A stretch of DNA of 64,000 nt from Alphaproteobacteria bacterium 43-37. GTDB lineage: Bacteria > Pseudomonadota > Alphaproteobacteria > 43-37. This document shows, piece by piece, positions 10,055 to 19,571 of this stretch. The stretch's first letter is position 1. The number at the start of each line of letters is the position of its first letter. Made by a program: the position numbers and the translations under genes. The stretch spans positions 1,177-65,176 of the forward strand of contig MKSY01000016.1 in NCBI GenBank assembly GCA_001897475.1, written 5' to 3'. The notes beneath the pieces were generated by a model. It did no database searches, was not told where the DNA came from, and worked only from the letters and a program-made list of their open reading frames with translations.

Positions 10055-10232
10055 TTTATATCCTTTGAGTATGAAAGTAGCACTAGGTTGAAAATCCACA
10101 CATAAAAAAACTTATGGCCCCTTGAAACCAGATAATGGTTCCATATATGTAGATCACAACCTGATTCAAACGGTCCCCCCCCCTCCTCATACCGCCTCTT
10201 CTTAAGGAATTCCCTTAAGAGGAGGCACGTTT

Positions 10233-11012
10233 TTAACCAAGGTCGATACACAAGCCATCGTAACTTGCAAATACATTTGGAGGCAATAGAGAGAAAATAC
10301 GGTCAAAATCTATGGAAGGGTCCATATGAATAAGGTAAGCGGCCTTTGGAGAAAATCTCTCTATCCAGTCTAAAGTTTGCTCTAAATGAGAATGAGTTGG
10401 CTTGGGTGTTAAGCTCATACAATCTACAAACCATATGTCCAAACCATGCAATGATTCTTCCATATCATTTGTAAGGTTTTTTACATCTGTGGAATAGGCA
10501 ACGTTCCCAATCCTATAACCAATGGTTTCCATATTGCCATGGTCTTGCCTAAACGCCTTAATTTGGGTATTAAAAATATCGAAATGCCCATAATCAATAC
10601 AATAAGTCTCGATAAAAGGTGGATAAAGAGAGTTAGTCGTTTCATCGTTAATATAGATCATGTAAGGAAAGCGGGCTTTAAGTGTTGCAAGCGTTTCATA
10701 ATTGGAATATACGGGAATCCGCTTTTTTCCTTGATGAAAAAAGAATGGGCGCAGATCATCTAATCCACCAGTATGATCAAAATGATCGTGAGTCAGTAAC
10801 ACCGCATCAACTCGCTTGCATTGTTCTCTTAAAAGTTGAAGGCGGATATCTGGTGAGGCGTCAATTAATATAGTGGTGCCATCATCCAATTCAACCATAG
10901 CAGATGTGCGTGTGCGATGGTTTTTAGGATTAGATGGATCACAGTTGCCCCAAACTCCACAAGCAAGAGGCACACCAGCTGATGGCCCACAGCCTAAAAT
11001 GGTGACTTTCAT
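10233..11012 (-). CDS. MBL-fold metallo-hydrolase (PhnP/PqqB-like)
   Basis: 259 aa. Metallo-beta-lactamase motif THDHFDHTGG and Asp/His ligands downstream. Confidence 0.85.
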   Translation of the reverse strand: MKVTILGCGPSAGVPLACGVWGNCDPSNPKNHRTRTSAMVELDDGTTILIDASPDIRLQLLREQCKRVDAVLLTHDHFDHTGGLDDLRPFFFHQGKKRIPVYSNYETLATLKARFPYMIYINDETTNSLYPPFIETYCIDYGHFDIFNTQIKAFRQDHGNMETIGYRIGNVAYSTDVKNLTNDMEESLHGLDIWFVDCMSLTPKPTHSHLEQTLDWIERFSPKAAYLIHMDPSIDFDRIFSLLPPNVFASYDGLCIDLG

Positions 11013-11818
11013 TGGAATGTTTCTGCCCGTGAAAACAATTTAAAGAAGTTAGCTGTGGTCGCTGTAGCAATTTCTTCAAGCGATTTTCCCTTAATTTGCG
11101 CTAACATTTTTGCTGTTTCAATAACATACGCTGGTTCGTTACGATGCCCTCGATGTGGAATTGGAGCTAGATAGGGAGCATCTGTTTCAACAAGCAATTT
11201 ATCTAAGGGAACAACCTCAGTAATTTTTCTTAGTTCATCAGCCTTTTTGAAAGTCAGAATACCAGATAATGATAAATAAAACCCGCGTGATATAGCTTGT
11301 TCAGCCAGCATTTCTGAACCGCTGAAGCAATGAAAAACACCTTGAACTCCTGGATAATCATCTAAAATACGGATAGCGTCTTCATCAGCGTCACGAGTAT
11401 GAATAATCAATGGTACATGATACTTAACAGCTAATTCACAATGAATGCGAAAGCTTTGCTCTTGGTCATCTTTTTCACTATGGTTGTAGTAATAATCTAG
11501 CCCTGTTTCCCCTAATCCAATTGTTTTCGGCGTTTGAAGGCGCTCTTCAAGAATATGTTTAAGTTTATTTGTGGTTTGCAACGTCATACTGGCTTCGTGG
11601 GGATGAATGCCAACAGAGCAATATACACCGGGCTCAGTCGTTAACGAATGCACCATCTCAATCTCATCTAGTTTGGTGCAAATATTTAAAAATGCCATAA
11701 CGCCTGCTTCACGCGCACGCCCAATGACCTTTTGCTGATCCTCTAAAAAATCAGGAAAGCTTAAGTGGCAATGGCTATCAACTAACTTCATTGGGCTCTT
11801 CCCATTTTTTGAAGACAC
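11009..11818 (-). CDS. tatD: TatD family metal-dependent hydrolase
   Basis: 269 aa. The N-terminus LVDSHCHLSFPDF is typical of TatD DNases, and a GETGLD motif is present. Confidence 0.9.
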   Translation of the reverse strand: MSSKNGKSPMKLVDSHCHLSFPDFLEDQQKVIGRAREAGVMAFLNICTKLDEIEMVHSLTTEPGVYCSVGIHPHEASMTLQTTNKLKHILEERLQTPKTIGLGETGLDYYYNHSEKDDQEQSFRIHCELAVKYHVPLIIHTRDADEDAIRILDDYPGVQGVFHCFSGSEMLAEQAISRGFYLSLSGILTFKKADELRKITEVVPLDKLLVETDAPYLAPIPHRGHRNEPAYVIETAKMLAQIKGKSLEEIATATTANFFKLFSRAETFQ

Positions 11819-13322
11819 CTACGGGCTCTGGGATTTTGATATTTGGGCCAAGAACCTTATCAAAGTGAGCAAAAGTTCTGTCATCTTCTGGCAAGCAAAT
11901 CATATCTAAAATTTTAGCCGAAGCATCAGGGATAATTGGTTGAGTTAAGATTGCTAAGCGACGTATAACATCAGTAAGTATTGCCATTATTTGCTTCATC
12001 CTATCTGGATTTGATTCTTTTAACCCCCAAGGTTTTTGAGCATCAATATACTTATTAGCATGAGCAATCACGTTCCAGACTTCTTCAACGGCCTTGCTGA
12101 TGGACATCTCGTTCATCAATGTGCGGACTTTGGATAGAGCTTCTTTTGCTATGCGAAGCATTTGCTTATCGTCATTGGATAAATCATCTTCTCTCATCAC
12201 GGGTAGTGTGCCGCCACAGTTTTTAAAGATAAAGCTTAAGACTCTGTGCACCAAGTTACCATAGTCATTAGCAAGGTCACTGTTAGAGCGTAAAATTAAA
12301 GCCTTCGATGAGAAATCCCCATCTGAACCAAATGGTACTTCTCTTGCCATAAAATATCTTACCTGATCCAAACCATATGTTTCATAAAGGGCAAGCGGAT
12401 CCACAGCATTTTTAAGTGATTTAGACATTTTTTGGCCATCAACAGTCCACCAGCCATGGGCATAAACTTGGCGGGGTGGTTCAATACCCGCTGCCATTAA
12501 GAATGCGGGCCAATAAACAGCATGAAAACGCAAAATATCTTTGCCAACTACGTGGACATTGGCCGGCCAAAACCTTTTAAAGTCGGCAGAGTCTATATCT
12601 GGGTACCCTACGCATGTCATATAGTTTGTTAACGCGTCCAGCCAAACATACATTACATGGTCTTTATTATTTGGAACAGGAACGCCCCAGTTAAATGTCG
12701 TGCGCGAAATGGAAAGGTCCTTCAATCCCGACTCAACAAAGCGAATTACTTCGTTAAAGCGTGTTTTAGGTGCCACAAAGTTTGGATTACGCTTGTAAAA
12801 ATCAAGCAGTTTATCCTGCCATTCGGATAGCTTGAAAAAATAACTAGGCTCTTCAACCCACTCAACAGGAGAGCCAGTGGGGACGGCAATGCCATCTTTT
12901 ACCTCTGTTTCAGCATAATAAGCTTCATCACGCATGGAATACCAACCAGCGTATTTATCCATATAAATCTGGCCATTTTTTTCCAAAGCGGTCCATAAAG
13001 CTTGAGCAGCAGCAATATGCCGTGGTTCTGTGGTGCGAATAAAATCATCGTTTGAAATATGAGATACTTCCATTAAATTACGGAAGTTTTGGGACATAAG
13101 ATCGACATGCTGCTGTGGAGCTCTCCCCTGCGCTTCCGCTGTTTTGGCATTCTTCTGCCCATGCTCATCGGTGCCTGTAGCAAAAAACACATACTTACCA
13201 TCCAACCTCATAAAACGAGCCACCATGTCACAGATAATAGTTGTGTAAGCATGACCAATGTGTGGAACATCATTTACATAGTAAATTGGTGTGGTTATGT
13301 AATATGCATTAAGCTGTGACAT
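11778..13322 (-). CDS. metG: Methionyl-tRNA synthetase
   Basis: HIGH motif PIYYVNDVPHIGHAYT and KMSKS motif. The ORF-track start is 13355, which overlaps holB. The preferred start is the ATG at 13322 (MSQLNAYYITTP), with AGGA 9 nt upstream. Confidence 0.95.
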   Translation of the reverse strand: MSQLNAYYITTPIYYVNDVPHIGHAYTTIICDMVARFMRLDGKYVFFATGTDEHGQKNAKTAEAQGRAPQQHVDLMSQNFRNLMEVSHISNDDFIRTTEPRHIAAAQALWTALEKNGQIYMDKYAGWYSMRDEAYYAETEVKDGIAVPTGSPVEWVEEPSYFFKLSEWQDKLLDFYKRNPNFVAPKTRFNEVIRFVESGLKDLSISRTTFNWGVPVPNNKDHVMYVWLDALTNYMTCVGYPDIDSADFKRFWPANVHVVGKDILRFHAVYWPAFLMAAGIEPPRQVYAHGWWTVDGQKMSKSLKNAVDPLALYETYGLDQVRYFMAREVPFGSDGDFSSKALILRSNSDLANDYGNLVHRVLSFIFKNCGGTLPVMREDDLSNDDKQMLRIAKEALSKVRTLMNEMSISKAVEEVWNVIAHANKYIDAQKPWGLKESNPDRMKQIMAILTDVIRRLAILTQPIIPDASAKILDMICLPEDDRTFAHFDKVLGPNIKIPEPVGVFKKWEEPNEVS

Positions 13323-13338
13323 TCGAATAATTCCTAAA

Positions 13339-14379
13339 TTAAGCTCTTTTTTCAAATATGTATACTATAGCGTTAAGAGTAGTTCTCCAGTCAAGGTTAT
13401 AGATTTTGGCTTCTCGCAAAAATGCAACCGATTTTTGCCAAATATCTACCCATTCTCCCACAGAAGTCTGGTTCATCTTCTCAAAGATATCACGCTCATT
13501 GAATAGTATTGGTTGTAGCTTATCCATTTTAAAATCAATGTATTTGCCAATAAATTCATAGAAATATTCGCAAAAGCTTTCAAAAATCTCAGCATTGTTA
13601 TCAAGAACAGATTGCAAACCAAATACGGCCTTTTCCCCCTGGCGGTTGAGGTTCATGGAAATAAAGGTGAGCATCCCTTTGTAAACATTGATTCCATTCT
13701 TGAACACTAAATCAGCTGCTTTTCCAGGAGAACCAGCTGCTAGATATCGAATGTCCTCAGAAAATTCCCCACCCGGAAAATTGGCAATAACCCTATCCAG
13801 AACATCTTTAGGCAATGGTAAAAATGAATACTGTTGGCACCTTGAGGTAATTGTAACAGGGAGTTTCCCCTTATTGGAGGACAGCAAGATAACAGTGGTA
13901 CGTGTTGGCGGTTCCTCAATTAACTTTAAAAGAGCATTGGCGGAGTTTTTGTTAAGTTCATCGGCACTATCAACAATAATAACTCGCCATCCTCCTTCAC
14001 CCGGTGTTTTTCTGGAAAAATTAATTGCCGCCCGTACATCATCGATTTGAATGTATTTACTCTTCTGACCATCTTTATTTCGGCCGGGTTCAACCACGCA
14101 TAAATCAGCATGCCCACCAGAACTGATGCGTTTGAAACTAAGGGCTTCGGGTGATATGTCAAACGATGGTGCTTCCTGAATTTCGCTGGAAGATTTCGTT
14201 AGGATAAATCGTGCAAAACGATACGCAAACGTTGCCTTGCCAATCCCTTTTGGCCCCTCAAAGAGCAATGTATGAGGCATGCGACCTGCATGCAACGCTT
14301 GCAAGAGATTCTGCTCATTAGCTTCATGTCCTAAACAATAAGGGTTGTTTCGTGGTGGAATTATTTGGTTTTCAACCAT
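13339..14379 (-). CDS. holB: DNA polymerase III delta-prime subunit
   Basis: 346 aa. AAA+ Walker-like motif LLFEGPKGIGKATFAYRFARFIL and SRC motif TSRCQ. The holB-tmk adjacency is conserved. Confidence 0.9.
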   Translation of the reverse strand: MVENQIIPPRNNPYCLGHEANEQNLLQALHAGRMPHTLLFEGPKGIGKATFAYRFARFILTKSSSEIQEAPSFDISPEALSFKRISSGGHADLCVVEPGRNKDGQKSKYIQIDDVRAAINFSRKTPGEGGWRVIIVDSADELNKNSANALLKLIEEPPTRTTVILLSSNKGKLPVTITSRCQQYSFLPLPKDVLDRVIANFPGGEFSEDIRYLAAGSPGKAADLVFKNGINVYKGMLTFISMNLNRQGEKAVFGLQSVLDNNAEIFESFCEYFYEFIGKYIDFKMDKLQPILFNERDIFEKMNQTSVGEWVDIWQKSVAFLREAKIYNLDWRTTLNAIVYIFEKRA

Positions 14380-15002
14380 GGTTCAATAACCCTCATCAAG
14401 CGTAAGAAAATTTCTTCAGGCATGAGTTCTGCTGAAATTACGTTAAACCGGTTTGGCTCCTCTTCTGCAATCTTTAAAAACCCATCTCTGATTTTTTGAT
14501 GATATTCCAGCGATTTATTCTCAAACCGGATTTCGTCATTGCTTTCGTCAGTTAACCTTTTAGAGGCTCTCGCGAGGCCTATAACAGGATCAATGTCCAA
14601 TATGAAGGTGGCATCTGGCATGACTCCTTCTGATATAGCTGCATAAATTTGACGAATGAGAGGAATGCTAATGCCACCAGCATAGCCTTGATACACGACA
14701 GTAGAATCAAAAAAACGATCGCAAATCACCCATTTACCCGCATCAAGTGCCGGCTTGATCAGGTTGATTATCAATTGTCGGCGAGAAGCAAAAAGGAGCA
14801 AAGCCTCTGAAAGAGCATCCCAACGAATGGTTGGCCCCTTAAGAAGAAGCTGACGTATTTGTTCACCTTGCTCGGTTCCTCCGGGCTCACGTGTCGTAAT
14901 AATATCAATCCTGTTGGATTCTAAGCTAGCTTTAAGCTTTTGAATGAGCGTAGTTTTGCCGCTTCCCTCGCCCCCTTCTATGGTTATAAAGCGACCTTTC
15001 AC
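14361..15002 (-). CDS. tmk: Thymidylate kinase
   Basis: 213 aa. P-loop FITIEGGEGSGKTT and DRF motif. Confidence 0.95.
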   Translation of the reverse strand: MKGRFITIEGGEGSGKTTLIQKLKASLESNRIDIITTREPGGTEQGEQIRQLLLKGPTIRWDALSEALLLFASRRQLIINLIKPALDAGKWVICDRFFDSTVVYQGYAGGISIPLIRQIYAAISEGVMPDATFILDIDPVIGLARASKRLTDESNDEIRFENKSLEYHQKIRDGFLKIAEEEPNRFNVISAELMPEEIFLRLMRVIEPWLKTK

Positions 15003-15017
15003 TGATGGCTTCTCCGG

Positions 15018-16229
15018 TTAGTGGGTAATTTTGGCAATCTCAGACTTTTTTTCTGAGCCAAAAATAAGGCGACGAATTGAATTTGAGATTCGCTTTACAA
15101 ACCCAGCTCTGTCAACTGACTCGTTGGCATAAAGCGGGAATGTTTTTTCTGGTTCGCCTGGAATAGAGATAACAAGTTTACCCACCTCATCACCCTCCTT
15201 AATGGGAGCGACAAGAGGCGAAAGATAATGAACTTGCGCCTTAAGATGTTTTTTATGATCCCTTGGGATAGTGATATAAACATCGTTAGCAACTTTGGCA
15301 TGAACACTGTGGGTTGTACCTTCTGCAACATCCAGCACGTCGACAACTTGCCCTGCTTTCGTTAGGGTAACCAAATCAAATTCATTGAATCCCCAGCGCA
15401 ATATCTTTTCAGCTTCACTTGCTCGGTCGTTCATTGAAGTATGGCCATTAACAACCAAAATCAAACGCCGGCCATTCTGGATGACAGAAGCAACCATGCC
15501 ATAACCACCACCTTCTGTGTAACCCGTTTTGACACCATCTGCTCCAATGTTCTTATACAGGAGAGGATTTTTATTGCCTTGATTTATACCGTTGTATGCA
15601 TACTCTTTTTCAGAAAATAGCGAATAAAACTCAGGAAAATCTTTAATAAGTCGCATCGAAATGACAGCCAAATCATAGGCTGTTGTTGTATGCCGAGGGT
15701 CTGGTAATCCAGATGAATTAATAAAGTTAGTTTGTGCAGCGCCCATCTCATGTGCTAAGCGTGTCATTTCATCAGCAAAAGCTCTTTCATTTCCTGAAAT
15801 ACCTTCAGCCAAAACTGTTGAGGCATCATTGCCAGACTGTATGATTACGCCCTTCAGCAGCTCTTCTATGGTAACGATTTGCCCGACTTCTAGGAACATT
15901 CGAGTCCCCTCTTTCCTGTAAGCATTATCCGAAACAACAAATTGGGATGATAGACTGAGTTTGCCTTCTTTAAGACGCTTGAAAGTAGTATAAGCTGTCA
16001 TAATTTTTGTCATAGACGAAGGGTAAAGTAATTCCTTTGAGGCTTTATCGAGTAAAACCACGCCAGTGGTCGCATCAATCAAAATAGCTTGCTTAGCCGT
16101 TGTTTCAATAGTTAGCTTTGGAAGCGATGGGACTGGATCATTTCCTGCTGCGCTGCTCGCTATTAGAAAAGCCGTTACAACCAAGACAAAACGCTTAAAC
16201 ACATTTACCTCGCTTTCATTCGACAACAA
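15018..16229 (-). CDS. D-alanyl-D-alanine carboxypeptidase (PBP5/6 class, S11 peptidase)
   Basis: 403 aa with a signal peptide. SxxK active site in PSSMTKIMTAY, SGN motif in IIQSGNDAS and KTG motif in GVKTGYT. Confidence 0.9.
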   Translation of the reverse strand: MLSNESEVNVFKRFVLVVTAFLIASSAAGNDPVPSLPKLTIETTAKQAILIDATTGVVLLDKASKELLYPSSMTKIMTAYTTFKRLKEGKLSLSSQFVVSDNAYRKEGTRMFLEVGQIVTIEELLKGVIIQSGNDASTVLAEGISGNERAFADEMTRLAHEMGAAQTNFINSSGLPDPRHTTTAYDLAVISMRLIKDFPEFYSLFSEKEYAYNGINQGNKNPLLYKNIGADGVKTGYTEGGGYGMVASVIQNGRRLILVVNGHTSMNDRASEAEKILRWGFNEFDLVTLTKAGQVVDVLDVAEGTTHSVHAKVANDVYITIPRDHKKHLKAQVHYLSPLVAPIKEGDEVGKLVISIPGEPEKTFPLYANESVDRAGFVKRISNSIRRLIFGSEKKSEIAKITH

Positions 16230-17166
16230 TTTTTACATCCTGATGGCCCATCTTTACCAGCTTTTGAAGCATTATGTCAGCCTCTTTTGCATTTATAAAT
16301 GGTCCCATTCGTACGCGATGAATGGGCTGAGAGCCAAATTGGATTTGCGTGCTAAATGTTCTGCCCAATTTAGAAAGCTTGTTTACAATATTTGTTGCAT
16401 TCGTTTGTTTAGCAAACGCGCCTAATTGGATATAAACCTGACGATAATTTTGCACTCTTCCTTGTTCAAATTTTTCAGGAACCAGCTGTGTTTTTTCGTA
16501 AGCAGCAAACAACGTATCTTGTGGTGCCTGGGTTGGCTTGGAGCCTGTTGTTGCTGGTTTGCCATCAAGAGTTTTAATCGTCATTTTTTTATCAGCTGAT
16601 GCTGCAAAATTGACCTTCTGGGACGGTTGCATAGGGATGCCAGAATTAAGAGCAATGCTCTCTTCAACCAAGCAATCAACTTTAACTTTTGCTAATCCGC
16701 TGTTTAATACACCGAGAAGCTCGGCTGCTTTTTTAGACAAATCAATAATTCTGCCAGGAACGAATGGGCCACGATCATTGATTTTAACTTTTAGCATCCG
16801 CCCATTTTCTAAGTTTGTAACCAAAGCTATGCTTGGCAAAGGTAATGTTTTATGCGCTGCTGAGATTTTGTTTTGGTCAAAAACTTCACCTGTTGAGGCT
16901 TTGTTCTTATGAAAGCCTGGGCCATACCATGAAGCAATGCCCATCTCAGAATAGTCATAGTGTTGTTGTGGATAATACCAAACGCCTTTGATTTGATAAG
17001 GCCTAGATGTGGCGCGATATGGCGCTTGATTTACGCCATTACCAACATAAATTTTATCGCGTCTTCCAAAATCGCATCCTGATAACAAAATAGATGCAGA
17101 CACATAAAGAAGCAAACAAACAAAGCTATTTTTGAAGCTATTATTAAAAAACATCTTATACATCAT
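16216..17166 (-). CDS. rlpA: Septal ring lytic transglycosylase RlpA-family lipoprotein with a C-terminal SPOR domain
   Basis: Lipobox LLSGC. A DPBB domain (SWYGPGFHKNKASTGEVFD...RMLKVKINDRGPF) and a C-terminal SPOR-like repeat. Confidence 0.85.
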   Translation of the reverse strand: MMYKMFFNNSFKNSFVCLLLYVSASILLSGCDFGRRDKIYVGNGVNQAPYRATSRPYQIKGVWYYPQQHYDYSEMGIASWYGPGFHKNKASTGEVFDQNKISAAHKTLPLPSIALVTNLENGRMLKVKINDRGPFVPGRIIDLSKKAAELLGVLNSGLAKVKVDCLVEESIALNSGIPMQPSQKVNFAASADKKMTIKTLDGKPATTGSKPTQAPQDTLFAAYEKTQLVPEKFEQGRVQNYRQVYIQLGAFAKQTNATNIVNKLSKLGRTFSTQIQFGSQPIHRVRMGPFINAKEADIMLQKLVKMGHQDVKIVVE

Positions 17167-18131
17167 TGCGCGCTCTTGAGTGAGTCAGCTAAAGCAGAAA
17201 CAGTGAGAGCAAAACGCTGTGATTTATTCCATTTCATAAGAATTTTAAAGTTTGAGTAAACAAGAAAGGCTTTTCCTTTTGTAGGGCCATCTGGCCTAAT
17301 TAATGAGGCTTGTATAGAGCTGTTGGGTAAAGGGCTGCCATCAATCGCGCGAATGCCACGTTTGTTCCACTCTGTTAATGACATGGTTTGCTCTAAAGAA
17401 ATGAGGTTCATATCAAAATGGCGTGGCAACTTAACAGGCCTGCCCCATCTTTCATTTGGATTCCATCCTTCAAGGTGCAAATAATTCGCAATGGAAGCTA
17501 ATGCATCTGTTTTAGAATGCCAAAGATCAATTATGCCATCTCGATCCGCATCTACTGCTTTGTCTCGTATGCTTGATGGCATGAACTGGCATTGCCCCAT
17601 AGCGCCAGCCCAGGAGCCAATTGGTTTGTTTTGAGCAAGCTTACCAGAATCTATGAGAGTAAGAAGAATCAACAACTCCTCTTGAAATAACTTTGCACGA
17701 CGCCCTTCAAATGCTAATGTCGCTAATGAAGATAAAACATCAAAATTTCCCATATTTTGGCTGAAATTTGACTCAATACCCCAAAGAGCAACGATATATT
17801 CTGCAGGTACATTATAGCGTTGAGAGATGCCTGCTAGCATTTTTTGATGTTGGTGCAATGCCTTTTTGGCTGGGCCAAGAAGTGGCTTCAGCTTAGCCTG
17901 ATAGGCGCTAAGAGAGAGGATACTTTCTGGTTGTTTACGATCTAACCTAATGACTTGATCATTAAAAGTGAGGGTTTCTAATACTTGAAGGGTCGCGTCA
18001 GAAATTCCTCTTTGGCTCCCAGTTAGTTTAAATTGTTGAATCCACGTGGAAAAATCGTTAGCTAATGCATCTGCCCCAGCGCATAAATAAAAAATCGCTA
18101 CAAAAATGCTTGCCAATGTTTTCAATAACAC
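17163..18131 (-). CDS. Lytic murein transglycosylase (MltB / SLT_2 family)
   Basis: 322 aa with a signal peptide. Catalytic Glu in IESNF and the GAMGQCQFMPSS motif. Confidence 0.85.
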   Translation of the reverse strand: MLLKTLASIFVAIFYLCAGADALANDFSTWIQQFKLTGSQRGISDATLQVLETLTFNDQVIRLDRKQPESILSLSAYQAKLKPLLGPAKKALHQHQKMLAGISQRYNVPAEYIVALWGIESNFSQNMGNFDVLSSLATLAFEGRRAKLFQEELLILLTLIDSGKLAQNKPIGSWAGAMGQCQFMPSSIRDKAVDADRDGIIDLWHSKTDALASIANYLHLEGWNPNERWGRPVKLPRHFDMNLISLEQTMSLTEWNKRGIRAIDGSPLPNSSIQASLIRPDGPTKGKAFLVYSNFKILMKWNKSQRFALTVSALADSLKSAQ

Positions 18132-18149
18132 GAAACCTCATCCTTTTCT

Positions 18150-19571
18150 TTAGCGCTTATAATGCCCAATTATGTCATACTGGCAAAGCCTTTTATCAAT
18201 TCCTGCCTCAACAAACTCTTTTTCAAGCATTTCTAATGTATTGTTTAAATCAGCCTGCGCAACAGATTCGGTTCTGAGCACCAAAATGGGTTCTGTATTT
18301 GAGCTGCGGATTAGCCACCATCCATTCCGATTACTATAACGAATGCCATCCAGCATCATCAAATCTAAACCTTTTGACTTTAAACTGTCAGCAATTTTTT
18401 TTATAACCTCCTGCTTATAAGATTCATCGCAAGGAATTTTAATTTCAGGTGTAATATAAGTTTTGGTTTGAAGAGCCAACCATTGCTCTAAGGGGATTTC
18501 CCCTGACGATAGCATTTCAATAAGTCTTAAGGCAGCATAAACACCGTCATCATAGCCACCATATCGATCCTTGAAAAAGTAATGCCCACTAACTTCACCG
18601 GCTAGTTTAGCGCCTGTCTCAAGCATCTTTTGTTTGATAAAGGAATGCCCTGTTCGACACATAATGGGCTCACCACCAAGTGCGGTTATAGTGGTAAAAA
18701 GAGCATCACTACATTTGAGATCGCCAATCACTTTTGCTCCTGGATGTTCCTGGAGAAAGCTCTCAGCAAAAAACTTGAGCAATTCATCCCCTGTCAACGC
18801 TTGTCCTTTTCCAGTTAGCGCTACTAAGCGGTCACCATCTCCATCAAAGGCAATCCCCAAATCAAAATTTTCTTCCGCTAAAACTGCTCGTAGTTGAGCA
18901 AGATTTTGCGGTTTGGTGGGGTCAGGAGGATGGCAAGGAAATGAGCCGTCAACGATATCATTAAGGACCTTATGCTTGCCAGGCAGCTTCTTAACCAATG
19001 ATGCAAATATTGCCCCAACAGCCCCATTTCCACAATCCCAGGCTATATTAAGCGGTTTTTGCGTGTGAATATTGGATAACAAATGTTGGCAATACTGATC
19101 ATGAATGTTTTTAAGATCCAAACATCCAAGATCTCCAGACAACTCAAACCCTTCAGCTGCCAGGCCCCCAAGCCGTTGGATATCTCCTCCAAAAAAAGGC
19201 CTATTGGATAGCATAATCTTAAATCCGTTATCTTCTGGAGGGTTATGAGACCCTGTGACCATAATGCCCGCTGCCGCTTGAAAAAGCCCCACAGCAAAAT
19301 AAAGCATGGGCGTTGGCCCTAACCCAACTTGAATAACATGGATACCTGCTAACATTAATCCTTGCGACAAATGGTTAGCCAATCCTTCTGAAGAATGACG
19401 CCCATCGTAGCCAACAACAACTGTGTTATTGCTGCTTTTTTCAATTTCTTTAAGGAAATATCCAAAAGAAGAACCTAATGCTTTTGCATCTTGATTAAAA
19501 AGAGTTTTACCAAAGGTTCCACGAAAATCGTAGGCTCTTAAAATTTCCCTATGAAACGAATGCTGAATCAT
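18150..19571 (-). CDS. Phosphomannomutase/phosphoglucomutase (alpha-D-phosphohexomutase)
   Basis: 473 aa. Active-site TGSHNP, metal loop DGDGDR and sugar-binding GEVSGH. Confidence 0.9.
   Translation of the reverse strand: MIQHSFHREILRAYDFRGTFGKTLFNQDAKALGSSFGYFLKEIEKSSNNTVVVGYDGRHSSEGLANHLSQGLMLAGIHVIQVGLGPTPMLYFAVGLFQAAAGIMVTGSHNPPEDNGFKIMLSNRPFFGGDIQRLGGLAAEGFELSGDLGCLDLKNIHDQYCQHLLSNIHTQKPLNIAWDCGNGAVGAIFASLVKKLPGKHKVLNDIVDGSFPCHPPDPTKPQNLAQLRAVLAEENFDLGIAFDGDGDRLVALTGKGQALTGDELLKFFAESFLQEHPGAKVIGDLKCSDALFTTITALGGEPIMCRTGHSFIKQKMLETGAKLAGEVSGHYFFKDRYGGYDDGVYAALRLIEMLSSGEIPLEQWLALQTKTYITPEIKIPCDESYKQEVIKKIADSLKSKGLDLMMLDGIRYSNRNGWWLIRSSNTEPILVLRTESVAQADLNNTLEMLEKEFVEAGIDKRLCQYDIIGHYKR

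Noticed and set aside
10100-10232. TPP riboswitch in the leader of the CofE-like/thiE operon
   Set aside because: The minus-strand leader lacks the conserved CUGAGA and ACCUGAUCUGGAUAAUGCCAGCG-type elements. It contains a palindrome and a C tract instead.
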